Source of the DNA: Tubiluchus corallicola
Taxonomy: Eukaryota > Animalia > Priapulida
Direction of reading: 5' to 3'
Assembly: GCA_030141605.1 (NCBI GenBank)
Contig: JAQGDQ010000413.1
Coordinates: forward strand, 62,001 to 126,000
DNA: 64,000 nt
The notes below the pieces were generated by a model, which saw only the letters and a program-made list of their open reading frames with translations, did not search any database and was not told the DNA's origin. A program made the position numbers and the translations under genes. This document shows positions 39,015 to 54,503 of this stretch, one piece after another (positions within the stretch are counted from its first letter, which is position 1; every line of letters starts with the position of its first letter).

Positions 39015-40243
39015 GTAAGATTTATGTTAGACTATAAAAATTTGTACTACATTTAGACTTAGAAACTGAGCGTCAAGAACAAATAGGCTTAATTTACTAG
39101 CTAATATTTTATCCGTTTTTGCTTTTTCCTTTCTTTTGAATTTAGTTTTGTATACATACGTCTTGTTATACAGAACAGCAACGGACCTCTAATGCGTCCC
39201 TGTGGCAGCCCATCTGTTTTCTGATTTTAACTTTTTTGAATGGATGGTTAAATGTTATTAACATATGTTTTAATTTTTAATAAATAATTAGGCTTTATAT
39301 AGTTTATTAGCAAATAAATTAAGTGAAATCGTTGTGATCCTTTACGCTGAATTTATTATTATTATTCTTGAAAAAGAATTAATTATGAATAACTGGCAGT
39401 ACTGTGACTTCTGAATGTAGTATAGTCGCGGTCTCATTTTATTATTTTCACACTTTTTCCAAATTTAAAATCATGTTTAACTAAAACAATAACAATTAAA
39501 ACAGCCACAATATTTTTCTAGTCACTATGATTCACTAAATCATATAGTCACTATGTCACTATAGTGACAAAATCATGTTTAATTGTAAGATTGTTCTTTT
39601 TGCAGTTCTACATTTATACGTACATCCATAGGATAACTTGCAAGCCAGAAAGAGTATTAGTGTTTTGTGATTTATAACTTTTTAATTGAACACTCGATTA
39701 AAAATATTAAATGATAGTATGACTACACTTATTTGAAAAAGTTTACTGTAGTAAGTCGTATAGAGGTGTACAAGGAACACAGCTATATACATGCATAACA
39801 GATTTTTCATTTCCGTGTAAATTGACGACAGCATGGCAGGCGAAGTAAAAATTGGCTGCCATAATTAGCAAAACACCCTGCTTTGATCGAGACTTGGTAA
39901 TTTAGTTGTTTCTGCCTCTGTAATAGCTAAAAGCAGCTATTAATTTGCGCAAACGTTTGCTGAATTAAATGAAACTAGGTAACGGTCAGTGGATCTCGTC
40001 CGCGGTTTAGTTTTGCTGCTTAAAGCGCTATCTTTCGGTGGTGAAAACAATCTTTTACTTTAAAGAAATGTTCACATATAATTTATATATATATATTACA
40101 GCCGTCTTTACCTTTAAAAGAATATAATAAAATGCGAATAATAATATTCTTATAATAAGAATATAATAAGAATAAAAGAATGTTATTATTATATATGTGT
40201 TATTCGTAGTCCGTGCTATGAATCTGAACAACAAATATTTTTT

Positions 40244-40521
40244 GTACACGTTTGTAATGTATGTTTTTAGTACACGTTTGTAATGTATGTTTTTAGTACA
40301 CGTTTGTAATGTATGTTTTTAGTACACGTTTGTAATGTATGTTTTTAGTACACGTTTGTAATGTATGTTTTCAGTACACGTTTGTAATGTATGTTTTAGT
40401 ACACGTTTGTAATGTATGTTTTTAGTACACGTTTGTAATGTATGTTTTTAGTACACGTTTGTAATGTATGTTTTTAGTACACGTTTGTAATGTATGTTTT
40501 TAGTACATGTTTGTAATGTAT
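40244..40521. repeat. 26-bp minisatellite (TACACGTTTGTAATGTATGTTTTTAG)n, about 10.5 copies
   Basis: Periodicity read directly (40245, 40271 and so on). Confidence 0.95.
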
Positions 40522-42082
40522 CTATGGACTTAAGTATTTCTTTTTGTTCTTGTCATTAAGAATTAAATCTACGTCTGTGAAGAACACAAGCAGCTGCCTC
40601 AGCCGTTAGTGACGCTACTTTCAACAGCTTTTCCCATGCCGCATTGCCCGATTTGCCTATTAATTTTCCTTGTATGCAAGCGTATGTTGATATACAACTG
40701 TGACTTAGGGACATTACATGCCTAGCTAGCTGACTGGCTGAAACGGCTACTTATCGACAATGTTTAGTTTTGATTCGCATCAAGCTTGATTGACAAGACG
40801 AATTTTCCGTTTAATGTTGCATTAAATCCCACATTAGGATACAAATTTTTGCGACATCCGATCAATACTGACGCACGGGCAGCAAAATGGCGAAGGATAA
40901 AGGTTAATTTTCGATTAGCAGGACATTATGGATTGCCTGCGGAAAAGAGAGAAAACCTGGAAGTTTTCTGGATAAAATTTTCCTATAAATTTGTTTTAGA
41001 CTGTTCAGACGTACATACTAAAGCAACGTGCATGAAGTTCCTGTTACCGTGGATTTATAAAATGGATCTGAGGTTCCTATTAAACATCTATAATCATAGA
41101 AATAATTACCGAACAGCTTCATACATCATCAGTACACAGTACACATCATATATACCTAGATATTTGGAAGTTGACAAAAGACTTTCTTTGTTCTTGCCCA
41201 TTTTAATGTTTAAGCTTAAATGTTTATTCAAATTTGATCACTGAAGTTAAGGAACACTGGCCCGGTTTCGTAAATGGATGAGTGGCCAAAAATTACTCTT
41301 GAGCAGTTTGTTTTCATGGTTTTCTTTCTCGGGGGATGATATGTTTGAACATGGCAGACTCGCAAGATCTAATTTTTGCAGATTATTCTTGATAAGTTAT
41401 ACTACACTTAGATTCATTATAATTAAGCTTTTACTACCTTCCATCAACATAATGAGTGACTTGTGTCTAAAACTCTAATACTTGCTGTTTAATTGTTCAA
41501 AAATTATAATGAAAGATTCATTTTAGTGCTAAGCACTTCTTTAAAAAAATTAAGACTGAATGCATGTGACTAAAATTTTTGCATATTGCTGCGCAAGTTT
41601 TTTTATTGGAACTTAAGAAAACTTTTGCTGTGAAATAAGTTTGCCGAAAATTTAATGCATATAGCACTGCGACTGCCGTCAAATTGTTGACATTATCAAA
41701 ATTTTTGCAAAGCCAAAACATTTATTTTTTTAAATTTTTGTTTGCTTAATGTTAGATCTGTTCTGAGACCTGACAGAGGCTGCGAAACTTGTTTTATATT
41801 GGTTACACAATGAGAATGGGGACTTATCACATAGGTAGGCTTCGGTAGCACAGCAGCTAAATAATAAACAGATTTAGATTTTTTATTACAACTAATCAAA
41901 AAATCTTTTTTCAAAGATTTTTTTGATTTGCCAAAATATCGAAAAGCGATACTGCAGTAAAAAGCAATATATTTTTTATCTGTGAAGAGGAGAGTCCAAT
42001 GGTATTATAACCATTGGAGTTATAACTGATAACATTAATGCCTACCAGTGTCTAAAAATCATTTTATCTATATTCAGTAAAC

Positions 42083-42250
42083 GATAGCAGACTAGGTGAC
42101 TTTATAGTCTTTTCGCTATCCTTTCTCTAGTTCTAGATCTATCTATACATTTTAACCATTCTTCAAAACCTATTAGCGATTCTTTTATTAATCATGTTTT
42201 ATTGTAGAATTATAAAGAGATAAATAAATTAAAATTGAATTGAATTGTAT
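42083..42250 (+). mobile_element. Probable LINE 3' end with stem-loop and (AATTG)n tail
   Basis: GATAGCAGACTAGGTGACTTTATAGTCTTTTCGCTATCC resembles the reverse complement of 36584-36632. Ends AATAAATTAAAATTGAATTGAATTG. Confidence 0.45.
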
Positions 42251-43040
42251 TTGAAATGGTTCATTGTGGTGTTGAACCGAATGCATATTCAACGTAAATT
42301 CAAAATTTTAATCATTTCTTATACATTTTACACTTTATCAAATGAAGAAACGCATAGCAAAGAAATAACTTAGCTCACGTTTTCATTTAAAAGTGAATTC
42401 TGAATAGAGTCAGTGTCAAAATACCCACTACACACGCTTATTATGTAATCTAGATAATTATAGGTTTAAGTGAAATCATATCTTATCAGAAATTTTCACA
42501 GAAAATTATTTCACAATTACTCCTAAAAAGTTAGCACACTGGCGGACTTTATGAACAAGCGATATTTTTACTAGCCATAGTAGCAGTTGTAAACTTTATT
42601 GGACTATTGGCGTAATTACTATTATACACAGCAATGACGCCAGATATTTTAAACGGCGCAATAAAAATTTGAGCTTTGATTTTTCCTGCCATGTTGAAAT
42701 CGCGTGTAAAAGTGGCCGCGGATTATTTTACATTAGCAGCCACGCACGCATCAGCCATTACAGCGTAAATGTAGCCGTTTATTAACACATGATAGGGCTG
42801 TTTCTACGTGATGTACTACATTTCTCTGTTATTTTATAGATTTTTTATAACGATATAGCATTTAATGTATCGAGATCGGTTATTAACTAGCAGCCAGAAA
42901 ATCGTGACATTAATAGTAACAGTAATCTTGCAATAGCTACTTTATACATGCCACGTAGGTTTATATATAGGCTTATAAATCAAGGCGTTAGGTTTGCAGC
43001 ATAGTTGATATTTTAGTACTGAAATAGTCTTTGATGCTTT

Positions 43041-43310
43041 TGTCAGATCAAATGCTGGCTTGTCACTTGTTATCATCACTTTATACAGAATTGCCGTGCA
43101 TATGCTAGATTTTATTTATACTGGTCTTGTCCCAGTCGTCACCGTCATCATCATCGTCATCGTCGTTGTCGTTGTCAGATCAAATGCTGGCTTGTGACTT
43201 GTTATCATCACTTTGTACAGAATTGCCGTGCATATGCTAGATTTTATTTATACTGGTCTTGTCCCAGTCGTCACCGTCATCATCATCATCATCGTCGTCG
43301 TCGTCGTTGT
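43041..43310. repeat. 132-bp tandem duplication with (CAT/CGT)n ends, upstream of the homeobox exon
   Basis: TGTCAGATCAAATGCTGGCTTGT... begins at both 43041 and 43173. Confidence 0.9.
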
Positions 43311-43541
43311 CGTCATCACCATCTTCCCACCACCAACATCACTGCCACCACCATTGCCACCGTCACCGTTACGAATGCCAATGCCGTCATCAACGACAAC
43401 GTTTGCCAATTGCAGTTTCTTTGCAAATTTTCTTCTCTTTTTCGAAACTCAATATTGGCAGCCATTTTATTTTTCAGTTTTGTTGCGCATGCGCGGGTTT
43501 ATTTTGTGATAAATTTACGCTTTCGTTTTGTTTGTTTGCAG

Positions 43542-43870
43542 GTATGGTGCAATGGACAATGGTATTCGTCGAAAAAACGCCACAAGAGAAACGACCAGTA
43601 CCTTGAAGGCGTGGCTGTACGAACACCGGAAGAACCCCTACCCCACCAAAGGTGAAAAGATAATGCTAGCCATCATAACAAAAATGACTCTCACCCAAGT
43701 CTCGACGTGGTTCGCCAATGCCCGGAGGCGCTTAAAGAAAGAGAACAAGATGACCTGGGAACCTCGAAATCGGATCGACGACGATGACGATGACGACAAT
43801 CCGGTAGCCGATACTCGGGACGGGCGGGATTCGGACAGTGATCGTGATATTGAGCGGGAGGATTGCACAG
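43542..43870 (+). CDS. Irx: Iroquois homeobox gene, exon 4: TALE homeodomain plus acidic region
   Basis: [64 protein letters not shown] is the diagnostic Irx homeodomain (PYP loop, WFANARRR), followed by a poly-D tract. Acceptor TTTGCAG|, donor CAG|GTAAGA (phase 1). Confidence 0.98.
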
Positions 43871-44122
43871 GTAAGATTGTTTTTGTAAACACGTAAAAAA
43901 ACAGTCCCTCAAACTAATTCGGGTTCTCTCAGAGGCATCTGTAAGAGAGACCCATATCATCTTGTAACCCGCTTTCCGAAGAGCTACAAATTTTCCTCCT
44001 AAGTGCCACTGGGTGATTTTTTTCTCTAGGAAGGGCGGGGTGATAAACCTTCAGAAAATGGCTGTTTTGCCCATTGCTGGATGCTGCGTACAAAAAATGC
44101 AGGGAAATTTATAACTCATTGG

Positions 44123-44617
<495 letters not shown>

Positions 44618-45786
44618 CTCATTGGAAGAAGAGAAACCGGGAAACACGATGATTTGGGTTTCTTTTACAAACACCTCAACTGGGATGAAAAGTTACAGAT
44701 TTATTTGGGGAGAACGTTTTTTCTGGACGGCCCAGTAGTCTTAATTAGCCATTAGATATTACTATCTTATTAACAATTTTTTAAAGTATATTTTGGTAGC
44801 GATGGACAAGCCTGTCCACGGTAAAATTACTTTTATTATTTGACTGTAATTGCTGCATTCAAGCCGAATAATTTCGCCATTGTGATTTCAGATCAAATGC
44901 AGGTAGACAAACGGCTTGAACTGATAATATTACGTAATAATAGCAGCGTAACACTATTGTGTGTAATAACGTGTTTCAGACGCGATGATAGGAGGAAGAG
45001 TTAGAGTCAGATTGCACACAAATCACGATACTTGACAGAAACGCTGGTTTTTCGGAAGCCTTTGCGTGTCATAATTAACAAAATACTAAAAAAAATTTAA
45101 AGAAAGCAAAAAATAAAAATAATGAAATAAAAAAAATGTCTTGTTAATTATCGAATCCAAATTTCTTGTTTATGGTAAATCTTAAAAAATTATCTCGTTA
45201 AATTTTGTTTTTGAAAAATTTCAGCTTTTACAACAGTGATCGCTATAAATTACCAAGTACCCAGTTTATACGAGATTTGTTTATTTAACACTTTGATATT
45301 TGCAATCGGTATTTATTTTCTAGCTAGCTACAGCAAAACCTTTGAAACAAACAAACAAATCACTTTAGCCCAGATTACCAATTTTTTTATTCCAAACTGT
45401 GCTTCCAAAACATTTTTATTTATTTTGATATGTTGAATAATTTGTCAAGCTGTATATCAAAAACGCTGGTATATCAAAATTTTACCCAAATTTGCAGCTT
45501 TAAGAATGAATATTAAGTCTTAAACACTAACATTACCTTTGCTAACAGATTGATTTTGAAGAGCGTAATGAAGGTGTTTTAACTACATGGATGTTAGGCT
45601 TAATTGTCTCTCTCTAGAGTTGACAGCAAATGAACAATAAAGCCAGCTGTAATCAAGCCGTCAACTTGCAATGAAAACAGTCAGTTTACCAAATATAAGC
45701 TTCCCTAGTGAGACGAGTTTATTAGCCGTTGATTAAATACAGAAGCGTTCAAGTGAAATGAGTGAAATAAGCTAGGATAACTTGCG

Positions 45787-46329
45787 TTAAAGGAAGACAG
45801 GATGATTTTTCATCTACTACCCCATTTTCAAATCCGACAAAAGTATACATTTTAACACAATTAATGCTGCAAAAGCGTTTTGTTGGGTCTATCATTGCAG
45901 TTTCTCTTCTATTCTCCTTTTGCTGTACATAAACATTTATTTCCAAGTAATACATGGTATATTGTAAATTGCAGTTGTTTGGAAGTTGATATGTAGGCCT
46001 ACTATAGATATCAAATGTAGATATTGAACCGTGATAAGCCAAAATAAGTATGTAACATGTAAAAAAATATTTCATTCCTTCAAATTTAATTCCTTGATTA
46101 TTCCTTTTTATCCTAATTTTTTTTAATATAGGGTTAAAGTGAATTATTGAAGGCACTTTTGCTTAACCTTCCTTTGATAAAATAACGAATTCTTCTTTAA
46201 TTATTGAATTTAATTTTGTTCAAGTTTTTTCACTTAAAAGAAGACAGCCCGGATTTTCATATACTACCCCATTTTCAAGTCGGATAAAAAGTATACATTT
46301 TAACACGATTAGTACTGCAAAAGCGTTTC
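45787..46329 (+). repeat. Diverged direct duplication of about 95 bp (45787-45880 and 46234-46329)
   Basis: Shared GAAGACAG...TACTACCCCATTTTCAA...AAAAGTATACATTTTAACAC.ATTA.T.CTGCAAAAGCGTTT. Confidence 0.75.
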
Positions 46330-46559
46330 TGATAATAAAATAATAGATTAGAAACTTAATTAACTGCAGGCGAGCATCAGCTATTGATGACATCACAAAT
46401 GAACATAATTTTTAACAGCAAAAATATTCCACGAGCGTGTTGAACGTGTTTGTCAAAGAGAAAATTCAAGTACAGTACTACTGTAAGATATTCAGTGTGT
46501 TTTTTATGTGCTTCGTGTTAAACGAGACGTGGACAAATAGGGCACTTCTCTGAGCCTGC

Positions 46560-47228
46560 AACAACAATGTGTTGAACAACAATGCTGAGTGTGCGCTGAG
46601 AAACAATGCGGATTGCGTGCTTGTGTGCTGAAGAACAATGCTAAGCGAGTGACTGTGTTTGAGTAAAGACAATGCGGAGTGTCTGTTTGTAGGATGAATA
46701 ACAGTGCTGAGCACGTGCTTGTTTGGTGAACAATGATGCTGAGTGTGTGCTTATGTGATGGACAACAATACTGACCCATTGCTTGTGTGCCGAACAACAA
46801 TACCAAATATGTGCTTGTGTGCTCAACAATGCTGAGTGTGTGCTTGTGTGCTATGTTGCAGTGCTGAGTACATACTGGTGTGTTGTGTTAGTACTGAGTA
46901 TATGCTGGTGTGCTGTATTGCAGTGCTGAGTACATGCTGGTATGTTGTGTTGCAGTGTGTTGTGTTGCAGTACTGAGTATATGCTGGTGTGTTGTGTTGC
47001 AGTACTGAGTATATGCTGGTGTGTTGTGTTGCAGTGCTGAGTACATGCTGGTATGTTGTGTTGCAGTACTGAGTATATGCTTGTGTGTTGTGTTGCAGTA
47101 CTGAGTATATGCTTGTGTGTTGTGTTGCAGTACTGAGTGTATGCTTGTGTGTTGTGTTGCAGTACTGAGTACATGCTGGTGTGTTGTGTTGCAGTACTGA
47201 GTACATGCTGGTTGTGTTGCAGTGCTCT
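46560..47228. repeat. 32-bp minisatellite (GCAGTACTGAGTATATGCTGGTGTGTTGTGTT)n with a degenerate left half
   Basis: Homogeneous at about 46850-47225 and decayed at 46560-46850. The 32-aa ORF periodicity equals three units. Confidence 0.92.
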
Positions 47229-48140
47229 GAACATGCGTGCGTTTGTTGAAATAAATGATAGGCGTGATTTAAGTGATCGACTTTGAGTCAATGTTGAGTC
47301 AATTTTGAATTTGCCAGTTAGCTTTGAATGCTTTTTAGTTAAACAACAGTAAGCTTACTCACTTCATTCTCTTATTCTGAATGTCAGTTCAGAGACCATG
47401 CTCTCATGGTGTCATCATTACATTGGATAACAAAATATATATATGTTACGTTTGGGATTGGTATAAATGACAGATATATGTAACATTGCGACTAAGCTTG
47501 TTGCATGCATGATGAGCAGTCCTCCTAGGAGACCATCTACTACATTTATACTAATCAAATATGATGTATCATGATGTATCAGCGGATTATGGCTAGATTT
47601 ACGACCTGTTCTCTGCTCAGTACGACAACGTCATTAATTAATTTTAAAAACTGGTTATTAGTTAGAGTCTGACAGCTGAGATGAACAGCGTGCGTCTAGT
47701 TTACAGCAAAACGTCATCAGAAAATGCGCACTAATTCTCTTAATTGTTGATTACTAGTTTTATATTGGTCCCCGAAGAATGGTCAGCGTCATCTCTGCTG
47801 TTAATTTGCGGGTGTTGGGAAAACACGGGACAAGAAGTGTCATAAATGTTTTAATGCGTTAATAATCCTACATCGTGCCCGCCTTATTGATGCTAATTAC
47901 ACGAAATTAGAGCGCTAAATACTGCAAGTTGGGTTGCAAATATGTCTGATAATTTCAATTTACCTGGATATCAGGTACAGAGTCCTACGAGTAATGTACT
48001 TTCTTTGGTGAAGTAGCACTAGCTGGCGGTATCAACTTTTCAACCAGTGAGATCTTTTAGAATACCTTCAATACATAAACTTAGGAAAACCATGGTAGTA
48101 CTGAGACGATAACGACACGGCAGGAATCATGATGTGTTAG

Positions 48141-49105
<965 letters not shown>

Positions 49106-52100
49106 TGTTATGTAACGCGGTAGACGATAAAGATAATCCTAAATCAGAGAAATAACTGAGGCAGGGCAAAACCTGCCAGATGACGCGGGCAGCCATCCAT
49201 TTACTAGCTAGGCTCGAGGCTACTTTATTGTGGTAACCAGGCACACATGCTAACCACTTAAGTACCATCTCACGTCACAAGTCGTTAGCAGTGACAGCGA
49301 CAGCAAAAGAGACATTGGTTTGGATAGCAATAAGGAAAAACGACAGTGGTGATACGGACAACAACAGCGACAGCAATGACAATGACAACTACAACAACAG
49401 TAAAGTAGAGCTGACATCTACAAAGACAGCGACAGCTATAGGTGGAACTATATGAAGAATCAGTTACTACAATGATGGTAACAATGATGGCAACAGCAAG
49501 AATGGCAATCATGTATATTATCCAGGCTTTTTCAAATGGACTCAACAATCCCTCTTGATAGAGGTAACAAAATACAAGAATTGTAACACAGACTTGTGGA
49601 CCGCAGAAGAATAATATAATAATAATAATAACAGCAGTGAAGTTATTAAATAAGAATAAGAAAGAAAGGACACACAAGTTGCACCTATTGTTGCAGTTGC
49701 AGCAACAACAGCAACATCGTGCGCGTTAGTATTTCCATAACTGAATACGCTGCGTATTTCTATAGATTGAACAAATTCTACGTACATCTATGGATTGAGC
49801 AGATCATTTTGCGAAAATGCATTATCAATCAACTTATTTGACTACTGGGCGTTTTTAAAATGGCTGCTCGCTGAATCTAAACGACCACGCGAGATGCATA
49901 TTTGTGAACTTTGCAAAAGATGCAAACATATGCAAATCACGCCCAGACAAAGTGAGCCTCATGTTCGAGCATACATTAGCTGGAAATTAATCTGTCATTT
50001 TATACTTGGCAGGAAGTCAGTGGCTAATACATTGCGAATACATTTCGCATTATTAAAGCCGCGATGCTGGCAAAGAAGTTATTACTATGTCAGAATTTTT
50101 ATGAGTTGACAACACAATGGCAGCGGTCTGTTCGGAATAGTTGTAAGCCTTCCCCTAATACATGCGCATTACGATAATTTAAATATGAGAAATGTACAGC
50201 GGCATCTATGAAGAAGGTACGAAATGAGAAGGCCTGAAAACTGCCCCTGTTATCAACGTCAACATGTCAAAGGCAATGAGCTTTCCAACAATGATTCCTT
50301 ATGTGTAAATGCGTGTGTGTGTATTCTGGAATATAGCATTGACATAATGAAGTTAATACTGACTGAAATTTAGCAACAAGTTAAATGATCATAAGTTGAA
50401 ATTCAGTTATGATTACCACACGAAACTGTATGGCACTGATTCTTACCTATACATTACAGTTTGCAAATGACAGGCAAGGTTTGTTGACCTAGAATTCGTT
50501 GCACAACAAATTTTCAAGGTAAAGAGACATGTTTTTACCACTCAGAAAGTAATAATTGAAAAATTATATATTTCGGTGGTAATGATACTCGGCTTTTACC
50601 ATTATCATGATTTGTTCCGAAATATAAAAAATTAGATTGCTGAGTTTTAGCCTGTTTTACTAGGGTAATCACCACATATAGGAGATTCTTAGCCGGGCTA
50701 TTATGGTAATCTGTAGGGCTTGTTTTAAAAATTTATCACACACAGCAAAACACAGGCTGATGAACAATATTAACGACATTCTTTATACTTCATTACTGAC
50801 TTGAAGTAAAAATTACTGTAACCTGGCAAGACTAATGTCAAAGTATCTTTAAAAGCTTTATTCTGAAAGAGATATAATTCCTCGCTTCGCTTATGATTAA
50901 TGGTACTTATACTGTAAGCCTTGTCTGATAACTAATTTTATTTTGCTCACATACAAGGGTATTTTGATTTATAAATTCCGTAAGTCTTTTTAGGCCAAGA
51001 TTCTAGCGTATTATAATAAAAAGCTTGTTTTCATCTTAGCTGTTTAAATGTACGTCAGTTTAATTTCAAAATCAACTCTATCTGCTTTTGTGAATATGGT
51101 AAAGAGGGTTTACGATTAATTCGATCAGACAACAGTTCTAGTTTTTGTGCTTCTCTCGTGAGAGCGAAGAGGATGGACACGGTCAACAAAGCAAATAATT
51201 ATTGTTCAAAACCCTACAAAAGTTGTTGCACTCTTTCATTCAAACTTATGCCTATAGCATTACATAAATTAGATGTTATCTCCTGTACAATAAATAAACT
51301 TGTGGGTTTTGCAATATCTATAAACATTTTAATAAACTTTAGGCACGATGTACCACCCTTTTGCGTACTCAATGCTTCGTGGAACTAAACTGAATTTTTG
51401 GAACCCCCTTATACATTTCTACGCTGCGTTGAACTGGCTTTGTCCCTGTTCAATGTGTAACCAATTTTTCCCAGTCCTAACAAACAGGAATGGGTTGTTA
51501 TTGGGATTTTTCCATAAAATCTGACACGAGGGTTATGAATAGCCTGTGCTGTATTAGCAGCGCATGAATTATAGGCGAAACTTTGATATACAAATTATCC
51601 ACTACACAATACGCGTAGACTGAGCTGGCTTTCAAACTCGGTAGAAATTTATGTCAGCGTCATTATTAGGTTGCAGGCTGCGTCTCGCCCATATGTAAAT
51701 GAACAAAGTACGTGAAAAGATTTAGACATGATTGCTTATATACAAGAATTGATTTATATGGCACAGAGCTACACAGTCTTACGGACAGCGAATGAATATG
51801 ATAAGCTGTGGTTTAATTCAAACCGCTGACAACATACAAATCGAGGAGAGCGGAGCAAATTTATTGCTGATTTTCATTTTCAGGCAAATCGCTGCAAATC
51901 TGAAATAAAATCGTGTCCATGATAAGTTCAACTTGTCTCACGAAATGTTAAATTATGTGATTTAGTGTAAAAACAGTTATTGAACATTGTTTTGAAGCGT
52001 TATGCAGATTCGAATTCGGCATTTTTCTTTGTTTTAATTACAAAAGATAATATCAGCCATCATAGGTGTTCCGTTTTTTCTACAATGCTGTATTATCTCA

Positions 52101-52433
52101 ATATAAATGTATTTAGTGTACAATTGCGGTTGGAAACCTCTCGCTATATCATCTAAGAAATATCGTAAATATTTTTGTTTTATAAGTTTTTGTTCTTGTA
52201 TCAAAAAGAGCGATTTTCACTGAAATGATGAAGCAATATTTGAATTTTGTCACGCGGTACACGTATGATAATAAAAGTAATACCACGTGGTCTTTTCCTA
52301 ATACAGGGGTAGCAGGTTCGAGTCCCAATGATGTTTTCAGCACGTGCAATGTTAGAAATAAAATTCCCAACTAATTGTTGACCATTTCACCGACGGTGGT
52401 CAACAACTCACCACAAATCAAACAATTTCCAAT

Positions 52434-52893
52434 CATCATCATCATCATCATCATCCAATGAATCACACGTCCAGGGACATGATTCTGCTCACCTCCCTAT
52501 GCCAGGACTCCCTGCTCGCCGCAATGCCCCAAGTGCATTTATTTCTAAGGATCAATGCTGAAGTGTTTAAATATTTCTGTGTAAAATCTAAATATGTTAA
52601 CATTTGTCCTCCTGCAGGTTTTTTAGCTGGTACTATGGCTTGTTGAAGAGCTATCTTCACTGGAATATCATCATTTAGTATAAGCATATGCCCAATCCAT
52701 CTTAAACGGCATCTTTTTATTTTTCTTGTCCAAGGTTCTTCTTTTATTTTTTCACATAGATCTTTGTTTGAAATTTTCTTTGGTCATCTAATACCCAAAA
52801 TGTTTCTGTAGTTTCGCTTTTGAAACGCATCGATTTCAGCTTTATGATTTGCTTTTAATGTCCGGGGCTCAGAGTTGCACAGAAATACAGTTT
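52434..52893 (-). mobile_element. 5'-truncated RTE-clade LINE with 11-bp TSD
   Basis: The minus strand translates ETVFLCNSEPRTLK...IDAFQKRNYRNILGIR*PKKISNKDL...RCRLRWIGHML...AASRESWH, an RTE ORF C-terminus with one premature TGA. It has a (GAT)n tail and TSD CAATTTCCAAT at 52423-52433 and 52894-52904. Confidence 0.88.
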
Positions 52894-54183
52894 CAATTTC
52901 CAATGGTAAACAATGAACGTTGCCCACCTGAAATAATAGTTTTACAATATATTAAATGATAGGCATGATAATGTGATATGATGCGTTGCACCAGCAAAGT
53001 ATAATAAATAACTGCTTGCAGTGTGTTAGCATATTTTAGTACAATACATATGCAGTTACAGCTACTGTTCTAACATACTGTAATTCGTTACTTTTGGTTC
53101 TAGCTTCTAAACGATGAAATAATCCCTTTTTTATAACCACAGCCTCGTCTCATTTTACCAGGGCATCTGTTTAGTAAATATTTGTTTCTTTTTGCTATAC
53201 GCTAAACCTCCCCAGTGATGTGTCTACTGAAAATTTCTTTTGTAGCAGAATTGTGAGAAATCTTACTGAATCTAAATTCCCGTTTTCTATTAATAACTAT
53301 TCCTTTGCTATACAAGTCAAATCCCTTATTCAGCACAAAGCAAACACGAAGAAAACATGTGGCTATTTGCACAGCACAGAGTTATACAGCCAGTGAAAAG
53401 CAAAAACCGTCTAGTTATTTTCCTCTCTTTTTTCGCACTGAACACGTTGGATGAATAAAGACGCTATAGGCAAGCATGGGGAACAGAAATGCCGTTGCTT
53501 TATTTACTTTTCACAAAATGAATATTGTGAACAAACATAATATGCCCCCACGAATGCCTGTGAAATAATTGATTTGATTTTACCCTTCTGTAGCCATTAA
53601 TTATTTGCCAAAGAAACTAGAGTTAATCTGGAGGCAAAATCAAGCCGCCAATTAACGAACATCGTGAACAGGTTGAACTAGCAGACAAGGCAAATGATGT
53701 TCTTAAAAGTTGATTTCCAACCTAATAAACACACTCGGCGGATGTGGCTTCGCGGCCGGTTTTCTTTAGGCGATTGATGAGTTGATTAAACAGAGCGATT
53801 GTAAAGAAACACTGATAAGGATGTCAATAAATTACAGTTAATTAGGAAATGTGGAGGCTGAGGACATATGCAGCAACACGCTCCGGGGCGCAGCCGATCC
53901 CAACCATGTTGTTTCTCCTGTCTTGTATTTGTCTGATGAACACACAAAGAAGCGAATTAAAATGGTATCAGCTCCAGGGCAAATTTTTGCGCGTAGTCAG
54001 TTTGGTTATTGGGTGAATATTGAACGCTTTTCAACGGTAACGGTGAGCTAATGTGAGCAAACATATTAAACAGCTGCAGAGAACAAGGCAGCCGTGAAAA
54101 ACTAACCAGTTTAACTTCTGCAAGTGGTTGCTGTTATGTGGTTATTAAACACTAGCTTAATTCTTATTTTTTCGATCTTTTTT

Positions 54184-54503
54184 TAATCACTAATATTAAC
54201 CAGATATGAAATACCATCACAGCAGCACGACAACGTACACACTAATTCAGAATTCATATATCCACGGCCATATTAATTAAATCATAGTTTTTCATTTTTT
54301 TGTGTATAGTTGTAAATATGTTTGATTTTATTCGTCGTTACTTTCCATTACTGCACAGTAGTTTAGATTGCACTGACGCATTTGCCTTTAGCAGTGTAAG
54401 TTTTTATTAACTAACGCTGATTGATCATCTCTGTAAAGTTTTTGTCAGTGATTATCAATGTATTTTAATGGCAAATAAAGATTATTATATATATATATAT
54501 ATA
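54184..54503 (+). mobile_element. Second copy of the CR1/L2-group LINE 3' end
   Basis: Near-identical to the reverse complement of 9788-10110. Ends GCAAATAAAGATTATTA-(TA)n. Confidence 0.85.

Noticed and set aside
40786-41244. 152-aa intronic ORF
   Set aside because: TTG start, no motif, and not needed because exons 3 and 4 join in frame to give the conserved YPY-x-x-RYG junction.
44892-45004. Extra Irx exon after acceptor-like TTTCAG at 44891
   Set aside because: The frame reaches a stop without a good frame-preserving donor, and exons 4 and 5 already join in phase.
52300-52345. tRNA or SINE from B-box GGTTCGAGTCC
   Set aside because: An isolated box with no cloverleaf or recognisable body.
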